From: an uncultured Caulobacteraceae bacterium
GTDB taxonomy: Bacteria; Pseudomonadota; Alphaproteobacteria; Caulobacterales; Caulobacteraceae
Assembly: GCA_964445605.1 (NCBI GenBank)
Contig: CAYULN010000202.1
Location: 1 to 47,849 of the forward strand
DNA: 47,849 nucleotides
Direction: 5' to 3'
This document shows positions 1 to 9,640 of the stretch, piece by piece (within the stretch, counting starts at the first letter, position 1; the number at the start of each line of letters is the position of its first letter). The notes below the pieces were generated by a model. That model had not been told where the DNA came from, did no database searches, and saw nothing but the letters and a program-made list of their open reading frames with translations. Both the position numbers and the translations under genes were made by a program.

Positions 1-83
1 CCCGTGCCGGCGGTGCTGATGCCCGCCGTCGAACAAGCCGATAATCCCAAGCCCAGACAAAGAAAAACGGCGATCCGGCGCAT
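1..83 (-). CDS. Lipoprotein, 5' end only (runs off the window)
   Basis: Manual translation MRRIAVFLCLGLGLSACSTAGISTAGT; lipobox LSA-C; AGGAG upstream of ATG at 83. Confidence 0.65.
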   Translation of the reverse strand, partial: MRRIAVFLCLGLGLSACSTAGISTAGT

Positions 84-136
84 CACATATCTCCTGCTTT
101 CCGGAATAATCCCACACGCCTGTGGCCAAAATCAGG

Positions 137-739
137 TCAATTCAGGCCGCGCGCGTCCAGAATGGCGTTGCAGCCGAATTTCATGGTCTCGGCCACCTGC
201 TCCCAGGTCCGTCCGGCCATCAGGGTGCGGAACATCGCCATGGTGGTCAGGCCGAACAGCAGATCGACCACGGCTTCGCGGTCGTTCGCCGGCCCCTTCA
301 TACGGCTAACCAAAGCATTCAGCGCGATCCGGCGGCGATTATTGCGTTCGGCGATCGCCTCGCCGAATTCCGGATCGGTGGCGGCGGCGTCATGCAGCCG
401 GGCAAAGGACGAGTCACGCCCCCAGAATTCGCACAATATATCAATAGCTTGATCAAGGCCTTGGCGCGGATTTTCGTTCTGCATGGCCTCCAGGATGCGC
501 ATGATGCCGCCGCTGCGGGCGTTTTCGTCGAATACCGCCTCCAGCAACCCCCGCCGCGAACCAAACTGTTTATAGACCGTCAACCGCGTCACGCCCGCCG
601 CCTTGGCGGCGCTGTCCATGGTGAACTGCGCCGAACTTTCCACCTCCCGCAGCAGTTTCGCCGCGGCTTCGACCACGCGTTGCCGGGTGGCGGCGGCGGC
701 GGCATCACGTGAGGTGCTGGAATAGGGGCGTGGCGGCAT
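137..739 (-). CDS. TetR/AcrR family transcriptional regulator
   Basis: N-terminal HTH (FTMDSAAKAAGVTRLTVYKQFGSRRGLL), 200 aa, AAGGA RBS. Confidence 0.9.
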   Translation of the reverse strand: MPPRPYSSTSRDAAAAATRQRVVEAAAKLLREVESSAQFTMDSAAKAAGVTRLTVYKQFGSRRGLLEAVFDENARSGGIMRILEAMQNENPRQGLDQAIDILCEFWGRDSSFARLHDAAATDPEFGEAIAERNNRRRIALNALVSRMKGPANDREAVVDLLFGLTTMAMFRTLMAGRTWEQVAETMKFGCNAILDARGLN

Positions 740-772
740 TACGATCCTTCATTTTTGAGGCTTGCAATTCGA

Positions 773-813
773 TATACATAGTGTATACCACAATTCAGTG
801 AACAGCGTGTATA
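773..813. promoter_or_regulatory. Candidate TetR operator pair between divergent genes
   Basis: TATACA-tag-TGTATA (773-787) and a degenerate copy TGAACA-gcg-TGTATA (799-813). Confidence 0.55.
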
Positions 814-860
814 TCTGAATCATCAAACCCGAAACGGATTTTGCCCAAAGAGGTTTTGTT

Positions 861-1265
861 ATGCAAATCCCGGTCATCCTAGCGCTTTCCGTGCACGTCC
901 TGTCCGCGTTCTTCTGGATGGGGACGACCATGTCGATCGCCCGCAGCGGCGGTTTCGGGTTCGACAGACTGTTCCGGCCGCAAATGGGAGCGGCCCTGGT
1001 TGCCTTGCTGACAGGTGGGTATTTGTGGAGCCTTCTCCACACGGGCGGGTTCGGCACATGGGAAATGTGCCTGGCGGTCGGCATTGGCTGCGCGATTGTC
1101 GCGGCGGGCATCCAAGGTATCGGTGTCGGGCCGGTGATCCGCAAGTTGAAAAGCGGCGTGTTGGCAGCACCGGATGCGCAGAAACAGGCGGCGCGTGTGC
1201 AAGGTATCGCCGGCCTGTTCCTGGCGGTGACGCTGATCTGCATGGTGATAGGGCGGTATCTTTAA
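861..1265 (+). CDS. Small integral membrane protein (about 4 TM helices), probable TetR target
   Basis: 134 aa, four hydrophobic segments, divergent from tetR, GAGG RBS. Confidence 0.75.
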   Translation: MQIPVILALSVHVLSAFFWMGTTMSIARSGGFGFDRLFRPQMGAALVALLTGGYLWSLLHTGGFGTWEMCLAVGIGCAIVAAGIQGIGVGPVIRKLKSGVLAAPDAQKQAARVQGIAGLFLAVTLICMVIGRYL

Positions 1266-1276
1266 GATTTGCCGCG

Positions 1277-2158
1277 TTACGCCGGACGCGGAGTAGCCAG
1301 AGCCGTATATAGCTCCGGCCGGCGGTCGCGGAAGAAGCCCCAGGCGGCGCGATGCGTGTTGAGGTAGTCGAGGTCGAATTCGGCGACCAGGACGCCCTGC
1401 TCTTTGGCGCCGAATTCAGCGACCTTGTCGCCACGGTGATTGGCGATGAAGCTATGGCCGTAGAAGGTCTGGCCAGCTCCGTTTTGCGGCGAGATCAGGC
1501 TTTCGGTGCCGACGCGATTCGACGCCACCACCGGGATGACATTGGCCACCGCGTGGCCTTGCATGATGCGTTGCCATGGCGCGGCGGTATCGAGTTCGGC
1601 GTCGTGCGGCTCCGAGCCGATGGCGGTCGGATAGAACAGGACTTCGGCGCCTTGTAACGCCATGGCGCGCGCCGCTTCCGGATACCACTGGTCCCAGCAG
1701 ATGCCGACGCCGACTTTAGCGAACTTGGTGTCCCACGCCTTGAAGCCAGTGTCACCCGGGCGGAAATAGTACTTTTCCTGATAGCCCGGCCCGTCGGGAA
1801 TATGGCTCTTGCGATAGACGCCGAGCAATTCGCCGCCGGCGTCGATCATGACCAGGCTATTGAAATAATGCGGGCCTTCCTTCTCGTAGATCGAGGTCGG
1901 AATGGCGACATTGAGCTCTTTGGCCAGTTTTTGCATGGCCAGCACGCACGGGTGTTCGCGCCACGGAAAAGCGGTGGCGAACCAGCGCTCTTCCTGGCTG
2001 ACGCAGAAATATTCGCCCTGGAACAGTTCGGACGGCAGGATGATCTGGGCGCCTTTTTGCGCCGCCTCGCGCACCAGAACCTCGGTGCGGGCGATATTGG
2101 CCGCCATATCAGGGCCATAAGCCGTTTGCAGAGCGGCGACTTTCACCGTTCTCGCCAT
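1277..2158 (-). CDS. aguB: N-carbamoylputrescine amidase
   Basis: Nitrilase-fold motifs ELF, YRKSHIPDGPGYQEKYYF, GICWDQWYPE; adjacent to agmatine deiminase; start moved to ATG 2158. Confidence 0.93.
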   Translation of the reverse strand: MARTVKVAALQTAYGPDMAANIARTEVLVREAAQKGAQIILPSELFQGEYFCVSQEERWFATAFPWREHPCVLAMQKLAKELNVAIPTSIYEKEGPHYFNSLVMIDAGGELLGVYRKSHIPDGPGYQEKYYFRPGDTGFKAWDTKFAKVGVGICWDQWYPEAARAMALQGAEVLFYPTAIGSEPHDAELDTAAPWQRIMQGHAVANVIPVVASNRVGTESLISPQNGAGQTFYGHSFIANHRGDKVAEFGAKEQGVLVAEFDLDYLNTHRAAWGFFRDRRPELYTALATPRPA

Positions 2159-2193
2159 TGTTCCAATCTCCAAGGAAAGCAGACGCGTTCGCG

Positions 2194-3225
2194 TCAGGCC
2201 TTAATTAGGGGCACCTGCTGGCTAATGCAATGGAACGATCCACCGCCGGTCAGAATCGCCCGCGACGACAGACCCAGAACCTGGCGTTCCGGGAACAGGC
2301 TTTGCAGCGCCTCGACCACCAGTTCACCCGGCCGTTCCTTGTAGATCGGCACCACGACGCAGTCATTGGCGATCAGGAAATTCATATGCGAGGCCGGGAT
2401 GACTTCGCCGTCGTCGTCAGTGACCAGGCCCGGCGACGGGATGCGCACCACCTGCAGCGGCTGTCCACGCGCGTCGGTTTGCGACAGCAGCAGGCGCGTG
2501 GTGGCGTCGTACACATCGGCGTTGGGATCGTCGCGGCCGTAGGCGACCGGACAAGCCACGACACCCGGCGCCACAAAACGCGCCAGGTTGTCGACATGGC
2601 CGTCGGTATGGTCGTTCATCAGGCCGTCGTCGAGCCAGACGACTTTGCGGACGCCCAGGGTCTGCAACAGAAAGTCTTCGGCCAAAGCCTGCGTCCAGCC
2701 CGGGTTGCGGTTGGGATTGAGCAGGCATTGCCGGGTGGTCAGGACCGTGCCGTGGCCGTCATGATCGAGCGCGCCGCCTTCGAGGATAAAGTCCTGGATA
2801 TCGCCCGGAAAGCCGTCGGCTTCGCTAATCTGGCGGGCCACTTCGTCGTCATGTTGCAGGTGATATTTGCCGCCCCAACCATTGTTACGGAAGCCAATCG
2901 GTTTGGGTTGGTGCAGATCATCATTATCGGGATCGTCGGCGACATAGATCGGTCCGGTATCACGGAACCAGATGTCGCCGAAACGACCGTCAACGATTTC
3001 GACGCGCTTGACGTCGCCAAGCAGGCCTTGCGCCGCCTTATGCGCCGCGTCGCCCATGACCATCAGCCGGACACGTTCGTCGCCCATTTCGGCCAGCACG
3101 CGCGCCAATGCCGCGACCTCGGCCTGGGCCGGGATCAGGTCTTCCTGCCACAACTTCTCATGGCTGGGGAACCCCAGCCAGATCGCCTTATGCGTTTCCC
3201 ATTCCGCCGGCACGATACGTGTCAT
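2194..3225 (-). CDS. aguA: Agmatine deiminase
   Basis: PAEW, DIWFRDTGP, LEGG, DHTDGHVD and GGGSFHCISQQ motifs; start at ATG 3225. Confidence 0.92.
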   Translation of the reverse strand: MTRIVPAEWETHKAIWLGFPSHEKLWQEDLIPAQAEVAALARVLAEMGDERVRLMVMGDAAHKAAQGLLGDVKRVEIVDGRFGDIWFRDTGPIYVADDPDNDDLHQPKPIGFRNNGWGGKYHLQHDDEVARQISEADGFPGDIQDFILEGGALDHDGHGTVLTTRQCLLNPNRNPGWTQALAEDFLLQTLGVRKVVWLDDGLMNDHTDGHVDNLARFVAPGVVACPVAYGRDDPNADVYDATTRLLLSQTDARGQPLQVVRIPSPGLVTDDDGEVIPASHMNFLIANDCVVVPIYKERPGELVVEALQSLFPERQVLGLSSRAILTGGGSFHCISQQVPLIKA

Positions 3226-3352
3226 TGAGTGTCCCGTACTTTGAGCCTTTTTAAGAGGCCCTTCGAGCCCCGCAGCCGTTGCCGGGGTCTTATCATACGG
3301 CCGGATGATTTGACCATGGCCTGCGTCTGGTAAGTGCAAAAAATGGCAGGTG

Positions 3353-3385
3353 AAAAAAACGGCTCCCGGAGGTTCCCGGGAGCCG
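3353..3385 (-). terminator. Rho-independent terminator after the TonB receptor
   Basis: CGGCTCCCGG/CCGGGAGCCG stem followed by a 7-U tract on the minus strand. Confidence 0.85.
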
Positions 3386-3411
3386 CGGATTTTGTCCGTT
3401 AAACGGTTCGA

Positions 3412-6400
3412 TTAGAACTTGTAACGCAGACCGAACTTGACCTGATAGACCGACGAGACGTCGGGGTTCAGAGCGGATTGGGTAACCGGCGTGTATTGGT
3501 AGAAGTTGCCGGTACCGACCGCGCAGGTGCCCGATGCACCGTTTGCCGTCTGAGCCACCGCCTGACAGTTCAGGACGGATGCGCCGAAGCGGTTGTACGG
3601 GAAGCCAACTTGAGTCAGGACGCCGTAGTGGTCGTTGATCATGTTGCCCAGGTTGGTGATGTCCATCCAGGCCTCAAGCTTGCCCCAGTTCGGGTTGATC
3701 GCCGGGAGCTCCTGCATGATGCGCAGGTTGGAGAAGAAGTTGTCCGGCGATTTGAAAGCGTTCCGCGGAGCAATCGTACCGGCGTACTTGGTCAAGCCGA
3801 AGTTGTGGATGAACGCGTTAAAGGTATCGGCGTCGGCCTGGCTCTTGAACTTGACCAGCGGGTCGGACGTCAGAGTGACGTTGCCCGACGAGTCAAGCTT
3901 CGGCACGTAGAGCAGTTCGACGTTTGAGGTCGAATACAGCGAGTTCATGCCGAAAGCGCCGGTCGAAGCGTTTGCTTCGGCATTCGCGGTCGCAGGCGAA
4001 GATGTGACGGCATCCGAGAAGACGAAGCTGAAGCGCTGACCTGTACGGAACTGGTTGTACAGGCGGAAGCTGGTGCGGTTGTCGCCGAAGAATTTGTGTT
4101 CGTAACCCAGCGTCAGCTTGGCGATGGTGTCGATCTGATAGTTCGAGGTCGCCGCACCCGGATGGTTCGGATCGGACCAGGTCGACTGACGATAGCTGGA
4201 CGTCGCCACCGAGCTGGTGCCCGAGTTGATATCCGTCGCCTTCGAGAAGGTGACCGCCGCGTCGAAGCTGAGGCCGTCGGCCCAACCGCTGTGGTAGGTC
4301 TTGCTCATCTGGAGAGACAAGGACCGCGCCTTGCCCAGGGCCGCTTCCGTCAGCACGACGTCGGTGCGGTTCTTCTTAATTCCGCCGTTGACCAGGCCGA
4401 AATATTCCGGGCGGCCGTCCGGAGCCGTGCCCGACAGGGCCTTCTCCTGGTACAGATCCTGCCAGAACGGCGCCGACAGGAACTTCGAGACCGAGTATTC
4501 GGCGACGAAGGTGTAGTTGTCACCCAGGCTGCCAAAATCGAAATTCTTCTGCACGCCCAGAGACGCCTTCCAAACGCTCGGCATCTTGAAGCCCGGCGCG
4601 ATGGCGTTGGTGTTACCCGTACCGGCGACGGCCGAAGCAGTGTTCTGATCCTTGAAGAACTGAGCAACGTTGAAACCGTCGATGCCGGTCAAGGCGTTGT
4701 TGCAGTTGGTCTGCGCCGTCGTGGTCGGAGTCGCGACACGCGTACAGCTGAAGGTCCCAAGCAGGCTGCCCGTATTGGTGTAGCTGTTGGAAATCCAGAC
4801 GTTCGGGTTGCCGCCTTGGAACACGCCGTAACCACCGTAAATGATCAGCGAGTTGTCGAACGACGGGTGCCAGTTGAAGTTGATGCGCGGCTGCAGCGCG
4901 TGCAGGCCGTCGAGGCCCTTGGCGTTGGTGAAGCCGTAGTTAGCCAGGAAGGTCGCGTTGGCGCCCGGCAGAATCTTCGACGTATAGGTGTCGTAACGCA
5001 GGCCCGGCGTGACCGTCAGGCGCGGCGTGACGCGCCAGGTGTCCTGAACGTAGAAGGTCGTGGTGCCGTAGGTGAAGTTCGCCGCGCCGTGTTCCTTGAT
5101 GTTGTCGGCGGCGTTGGCGTAGGTGATGCTGAGCGCCTTCTTGGCTTCCAGGTCGGCGATCGAACCGAAGACATACTGACCGTTGGCGTTCTGCACAAAT
5201 GCGTTAAAGATGCTGACGTGTTCATGCTCGACGCCGAACAGGAAGTTGTGCTTGTTCCAGCGGTACTTGCCCTTCAGGTCGATGTGATCGACGTTGTTGG
5301 TCAAGACGTTTTCGTGGCGCGAGATATCCGGCCCAAGCAGGATGGCCTGGCCCGACGTCGACAGCGAACCCGCCGTACCGTTGACCAGAACCTTGAACTG
5401 AGCGAAGGCGTTACCCGCCAGCGGGACCGACTTGTTGACGACTTCCTTGCGCGACAGGTTGAATTCGGTGCTGAAGTTGTCCGTCCAGTTGGAGAGCAAC
5501 TGGCCCTTGTAGACCTTCAGATCGTTTTCAAGGGTATAGAACTTGGAGCCGAGGGCCAGGGTCCCCGAAGTCGTGCTGGTGCTGTCGCCGACTTCGTTGG
5601 CGGAGCCGCTCTTCGTATCGATGTACGAGAAGACCGCGCGTTGACCATCCTTGATCTGCCAGTCGATCTTCAGTTGGACTTTGGTGTCGGTGTAGGGAAT
5701 GCTGTCGACCACGCCCAGCGGATCGTAACCATAGAGCGTCTTGATGTCATTGACGACCTGCGCCACCTGCGCGTTGGTCACGTTCGGAACCGGTGAAGCC
5801 TTACCGGAATCGGAGGCGCCGAACAGGTTCGGCTTCGAGCCTTCGAAGTTTTCATACAGGGCGAAGAAGAACAGCTTGTCCTTGATGATCGGACCAGAGA
5901 GATTGGCGCCCCAGGTCTTTTCGCTGAAATTGCCGGTGATCGGCTTGAACTGCGGCGTGCCTGTGAACACGTCGTTATAGGAAACGTGGTGACCGCGCAT
6001 GTTGTTGCCGGTCTTGTCCTCGAAAATCGAGCCGTGGAACTGATTGCCGCCCGACTTGGTGACAAAATTCAGGACGCCGCCCTGGAAGTACGAATACTGC
6101 ACGTCATACGGCGCGGTATCGACATTGACCGCTTCGACCGAGTCCACCGAAATCGGCGAACGGTTGGTCGGCAGACCATTGGCGTTGAGGCCGAAGTCGT
6201 CGCCCTGACGAACGCCGTCAACGAGGATGGCGTTGGAACGATTGTTGAAGCCACTGAAGATCAGCGCGCCCTGGTTTGTGGGGTCTTCGTACGCCGACGG
6301 CGACTTCAGCGCGTAATCGCGGATATCGCGGTTCAGCGTCGGGAAGGTTTGCACTTCTTCCTGAGCAATCTTGGTACGACCCGCGACCACTTCACGACGA

Positions 6401-6774
6401 CGGCCCTTGATCACCACTTCCGTAGCTTGGGCGTGCAGGTTGACGTCCGCTTCGGTGGGCTCACCGAGGTTAACGAAAGGCACTTCCGTGTCGGCGCCGG
6501 CGTAACCCGAGGCAGCGATAGACACCTTGTAAGGCCCACCGACGCGCAGCGACGTTGCGATGAAATAACCTGACGAATCCGTCTTGGTGGTTACTGTAAC
6601 GCCGGTCGGTTCGTGAACGATGGTCACCTTGGCGCCGGCAACCGGCGTGCCCTGGTCGTTGGTCACAACGCCCTTGATGCCGCCTGTCGTTTCCTGCGCA
6701 TGGACCGCTCCCGCAGCGGCCGACATGAGCGCCAGGACGGACGCGGCAACAGCAAATTTTGAAAACTTCGTCAT
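3412..6774 (-). CDS. TonB-dependent receptor, Oar-like, with N-terminal carboxypeptidase-regulatory-like domain
   Basis: Signal peptide, GGIKGVVTNDQGTPVAGAKV domain, plug DDFGLNANGLP, C-terminal GLRYKF; start at ATG 6774. Confidence 0.9.
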   Translation of the reverse strand: MTKFSKFAVAASVLALMSAAAGAVHAQETTGGIKGVVTNDQGTPVAGAKVTIVHEPTGVTVTTKTDSSGYFIATSLRVGGPYKVSIAASGYAGADTEVPFVNLGEPTEADVNLHAQATEVVIKGRRREVVAGRTKIAQEEVQTFPTLNRDIRDYALKSPSAYEDPTNQGALIFSGFNNRSNAILVDGVRQGDDFGLNANGLPTNRSPISVDSVEAVNVDTAPYDVQYSYFQGGVLNFVTKSGGNQFHGSIFEDKTGNNMRGHHVSYNDVFTGTPQFKPITGNFSEKTWGANLSGPIIKDKLFFFALYENFEGSKPNLFGASDSGKASPVPNVTNAQVAQVVNDIKTLYGYDPLGVVDSIPYTDTKVQLKIDWQIKDGQRAVFSYIDTKSGSANEVGDSTSTTSGTLALGSKFYTLENDLKVYKGQLLSNWTDNFSTEFNLSRKEVVNKSVPLAGNAFAQFKVLVNGTAGSLSTSGQAILLGPDISRHENVLTNNVDHIDLKGKYRWNKHNFLFGVEHEHVSIFNAFVQNANGQYVFGSIADLEAKKALSITYANAADNIKEHGAANFTYGTTTFYVQDTWRVTPRLTVTPGLRYDTYTSKILPGANATFLANYGFTNAKGLDGLHALQPRINFNWHPSFDNSLIIYGGYGVFQGGNPNVWISNSYTNTGSLLGTFSCTRVATPTTTAQTNCNNALTGIDGFNVAQFFKDQNTASAVAGTGNTNAIAPGFKMPSVWKASLGVQKNFDFGSLGDNYTFVAEYSVSKFLSAPFWQDLYQEKALSGTAPDGRPEYFGLVNGGIKKNRTDVVLTEAALGKARSLSLQMSKTYHSGWADGLSFDAAVTFSKATDINSGTSSVATSSYRQSTWSDPNHPGAATSNYQIDTIAKLTLGYEHKFFGDNRTSFRLYNQFRTGQRFSFVFSDAVTSSPATANAEANASTGAFGMNSLYSTSNVELLYVPKLDSSGNVTLTSDPLVKFKSQADADTFNAFIHNFGLTKYAGTIAPRNAFKSPDNFFSNLRIMQELPAINPNWGKLEAWMDITNLGNMINDHYGVLTQVGFPYNRFGASVLNCQAVAQTANGASGTCAVGTGNFYQYTPVTQSALNPDVSSVYQVKFGLRYKF

Positions 6775-7252
6775 TCGGAGTATCCCCTCTCCAGGTTCAA
6801 AAAAACAACAACATTCCTGCCATGACATTGCGCATGTCATGGTGAAGCCACACGGTGGCGGCCCGCCTAAATTTGCGATGTTCGAAGGATTAGCAGTTTA
6901 ATCCTTTGGCAGGTTTTGCAGGGTTTTTTGGGCGAAAACTACGAAACTTTTATGACGATTGTGACATCCGCAACTGGCTGACGCCTTATTGCCACACATT
7001 TTGGCCACAAAATTCGATGCCATCTGCCGCATTGTTTGGCCCGCGAAATAGCGTTTCCACTACATATATGGCCGGTTGGGCGCGCATAGCCCCATATTTA
7101 TGCCCATTTCTGCACGCAATTGATTGCAAATCCGCGGTTAAAAAAGTGCCGGTTCAAAAAAATAAATTCCACGACGAACACATTTTATTGCGGCGCACAA
7201 CAAATCATGCCGTCGGACTCAACCGATTGTTACAAAGGAAACTGAAGAAATG

Positions 7253-7281
7253 AAAAACCCGACCTGATCACTCAGGCCGGG
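7253..7281 (-). terminator. Rho-independent terminator after ompA
   Basis: CCCGGCCTGA/TCAGGTCGGG stem plus UUUUU on the minus strand. Confidence 0.8.
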
Positions 7282-7309
7282 CTTCGCATTCGTTTCGCGT
7301 TCTAAAGAA

Positions 7310-8539
7310 TTAGAACGTGATGTCGATCGTCGAACGACGGTTCAGGGGTTCCTTCACGCCGTCGCCGGTGGCGACTGCCGGTTCGGATTCACCCTTCCAG
7401 TCAACGGCGAGCTTGGAGCCATCGACACCCAGGCCAGCCAGAGCGTCAGCCACGGTCTTGGCGCGACGTTCCGACAGCTTGATGTTGTAAGCGGCCGAGC
7501 CCGAGGTATCGGTGTGACCGACGACCACGATACGGGCGGCGTTGCCGGCCTTGGCGTAATCAGCAGCCGCTTGAACCACGGCTTGAGCGTCTGCCGTCAG
7601 GTCCGACTTGTCGAATTCAAAGTAGACGATGAATTCGCGGGCCTCATACTGCACCGGCGGAGGCGGCGGCGGGGGAGGCGGCGGAGGCGGAGGCGGCGGA
7701 GGGGGCGGCGGAGGCGGAGGCGGCGGGGGAGGCGGCGGGGGCGGAGGCGCACCAAACGCCCAGCGCAGGCCGACCGACAGGGTTTGTTCGTTCAGCTTGC
7801 CTTGGAATTGACCCGGCTGCCAGGCCGTCAGGGTCGACGGCGCGGAGGAGATCGAGTCGAGGGTGATCTTTTCCGTGCCGAGATAACGGTAGGTAACATC
7901 GAGGCTCAAGGTATCCGAGAGCGCCCAAGCCATACCAGCCAGGACCTGATAGGCCGGGACGGTGTCGTCACCAATGATGCTCAGGTGGTCGACACGACCG
8001 GCCGGGTTGACCGAGAATTGACCGATCATCTTCGCCTTGACGTGGTCAAGACCAGCGCCGACACCGATGAACGGATGGAAGGTCGAATCCGGCAGGATGT
8101 CATAGTACATATTGACCATGAGATCGGTACGAGTCAGCGAACCGCTCGGACCGCCGCACGGCGTCGACGGGCCGCGAATCAGGCCCGGCGTGCAGAGCGC
8201 AGTGGCCAGCGGCGAACCACCGGCGGTGTAGACACGCGGGAAACCGATCGCGGTGTCTACGTCACCCGGACGATAGCCGCCTTCGAATTCAACACGCCAG
8301 TTGGGGCTATAGCGATAGCCAAGGCGCGCGAAGCCGGCCCAGCTGTCTTCGGTGCCGATGTTGTACGACCAGCGGCTGCCGTCGGGCATCGCCGAAAAGG
8401 TCGAATGGGCTTTGTAATCGCCCATCTGGTTGGCGCCGAGGTCAAGCGCCCCGTACCAGCCCGTCGGTTGTTCAGCAGCAGCGCCGGTCGCCACTGCCAA
8501 TGCAGCGAGAGCGACGCCCGCCAGCAAATTGAGTTTCAT
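7310..8539 (-). CDS. OmpA family outer membrane protein (beta-barrel, polyproline linker, peptidoglycan-binding domain)
   Basis: Signal peptide; C-terminal VYFEFDKS, GHTD, NIKLSERRA, NRR motifs; start at ATG 8539. Confidence 0.93.
   Translation of the reverse strand: MKLNLLAGVALAALAVATGAAAEQPTGWYGALDLGANQMGDYKAHSTFSAMPDGSRWSYNIGTEDSWAGFARLGYRYSPNWRVEFEGGYRPGDVDTAIGFPRVYTAGGSPLATALCTPGLIRGPSTPCGGPSGSLTRTDLMVNMYYDILPDSTFHPFIGVGAGLDHVKAKMIGQFSVNPAGRVDHLSIIGDDTVPAYQVLAGMAWALSDTLSLDVTYRYLGTEKITLDSISSAPSTLTAWQPGQFQGKLNEQTLSVGLRWAFGAPPPPPPPPPPPPPPPPPPPPPPPPPPPPPPPVQYEAREFIVYFEFDKSDLTADAQAVVQAAADYAKAGNAARIVVVGHTDTSGSAAYNIKLSERRAKTVADALAGLGVDGSKLAVDWKGESEPAVATGDGVKEPLNRRSTIDITF
7655..7747 (-). repeat. 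Polyproline-coding tract (31 consecutive Pro codons)
   Basis: 93 nt of mixed CCG/CCT/CCC codons between Ala and Val in the ompA frame. Confidence 0.9.
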
Positions 8540-8952
8540 TTTATTGCCCTCTCTTGGCCATCGAACGAACAGCCGAGTCGCCCCAGCTGAAACAATCACA
8601 GAGCTTCATAACTTTCTGAAGTCACTTTGCATAGCACCCAAATGCGACTTCGGTTAAAAATGTATACGCTTTTATCCGCTTTGGCGCGAACTGACACCTG
8701 AAAGACACGCTTGGCGGGATAGCGGCGCACGCATTCGTGATAATGGCCGTCGAGGCCGGTAAAAAATCCATGCCCGCCCGGAAAATGCGAATAAAAAAAC
8801 AATAAAGACAAGAAAAAGGCTTGCGAAATCCGTTTGCTATTTGTAGGTAACGCGCCTTGCGACGACCCGCGGGTTTTTCCATAGCCCGCCGGACTTCGGC
8901 TTTACGCCCGGCCATGCGCCGGAGCCAGGCCGGGCTCCCCCCCTGGAATCAC

Positions 8953-9042
8953 GGAGAGGTGGCTGAGTGGTCGAAAGCACCGCACTCGAAATGCGGCATA
9001 GGGGCAACTCTATCGTGGGTTCGAATCCCACCCTCTCCGCCA
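8953..9042 (+). tRNA. tRNA-Ser (CGA)
   Basis: GGAGAGG...CCTCTCC-G-CCA acceptor, anticodon arm CCGCA-CTCGAAA-TGCGG, long variable arm, GGTTCGAATCC T-loop. Confidence 0.97.
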
Positions 9043-9118
9043 TTTTCCAGCATGATTTTCGCCGGAAGATTTAACCTTCTGTCACTCGGTTCCCCTCTTT
9101 TGCCGCATCATGGAGGAT

Positions 9119-9217
9119 TTCGAGGGCGCGGCGCGGCATCCGCAGGTGAGTCCGCGCTCGCAGGTCGTCGATGTCGACGGCCAGGGCCGGGTCGCCACCG
9201 GTGTAGTAAGCGCGCAC
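9119..9217 (-). pseudogene. N-terminal remnant of an FMN-dependent alpha-hydroxy-acid dehydrogenase (LldD-like)
   Basis: Manual translation VRAYYTGGDPALAVDIDDLRARTHLRMPRRALE resembles the family N-terminus (..IEDLR..A.RRLP....Y..GGA); resemblance stops ~75 bp from the tRNA 3' end. Confidence 0.55.
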
Positions 9218-9272
9218 CGGATTGCTGTTCGTCTGGGCGGGGCGCCCTGTTCGCGATAGGCGGTCATCGCCG

Positions 9273-9638
9273 CTATCCCGGCAAGGCCATGGTGGTCATC
9301 AGGGCGATCGGGCCGCCGCGGCTGTCGAGCCGGCTATGCTGCACCAGGATCGGCACCGACGAGGTGATGACGCTGGCATAGTCGGTGCTGACGGGAATGG
9401 GTTCGGGGTCGTTCAGATCATTGAAGCGGAAATGGACGGTGCGTCGCGCCTGAACCTACATGCGGTAGGGCCCGACCGGCTCGCGATCGCCGTAATAGAT
9501 CATCACCGAAACATCGGCGTCCGCATCACCAGGATTGAGAACGCAGAAGGCTTCATGGCTGATCAGCGGGCGTGGTTTCGCCGCGTCGTCGGGTGGCAGA
9601 TAGCCTTCGGGGATCGTCCAGCGGGTATGTCCGTGCAT
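9273..9638 (-). pseudogene. Sensory rhodopsin transducer (ASRT-like) with an in-frame TAG at 9456-9458
   Basis: W.IPEGY.P...SHEA.C.LN...REPVGPY before the stop; same frame continues VQARRTVHFRFNDLNDPEPIPVSTDYASVITSSVPILVQHSRLDSR to a TAG at 9273. Confidence 0.8.
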
Positions 9639-9640
9639 GG

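Noticed and set aside
4096-5796. Long opposite-strand ORFs (also 2230-3228, 11783-13150, 14605-16326, 23722-26112, 46449-47633)
   Set aside because: Antisense shadows of real GC-rich genes; no recognisable motifs.
7629-7811. Poly-glycine ORF
   Set aside because: Reverse complement of the ompA polyproline tract.
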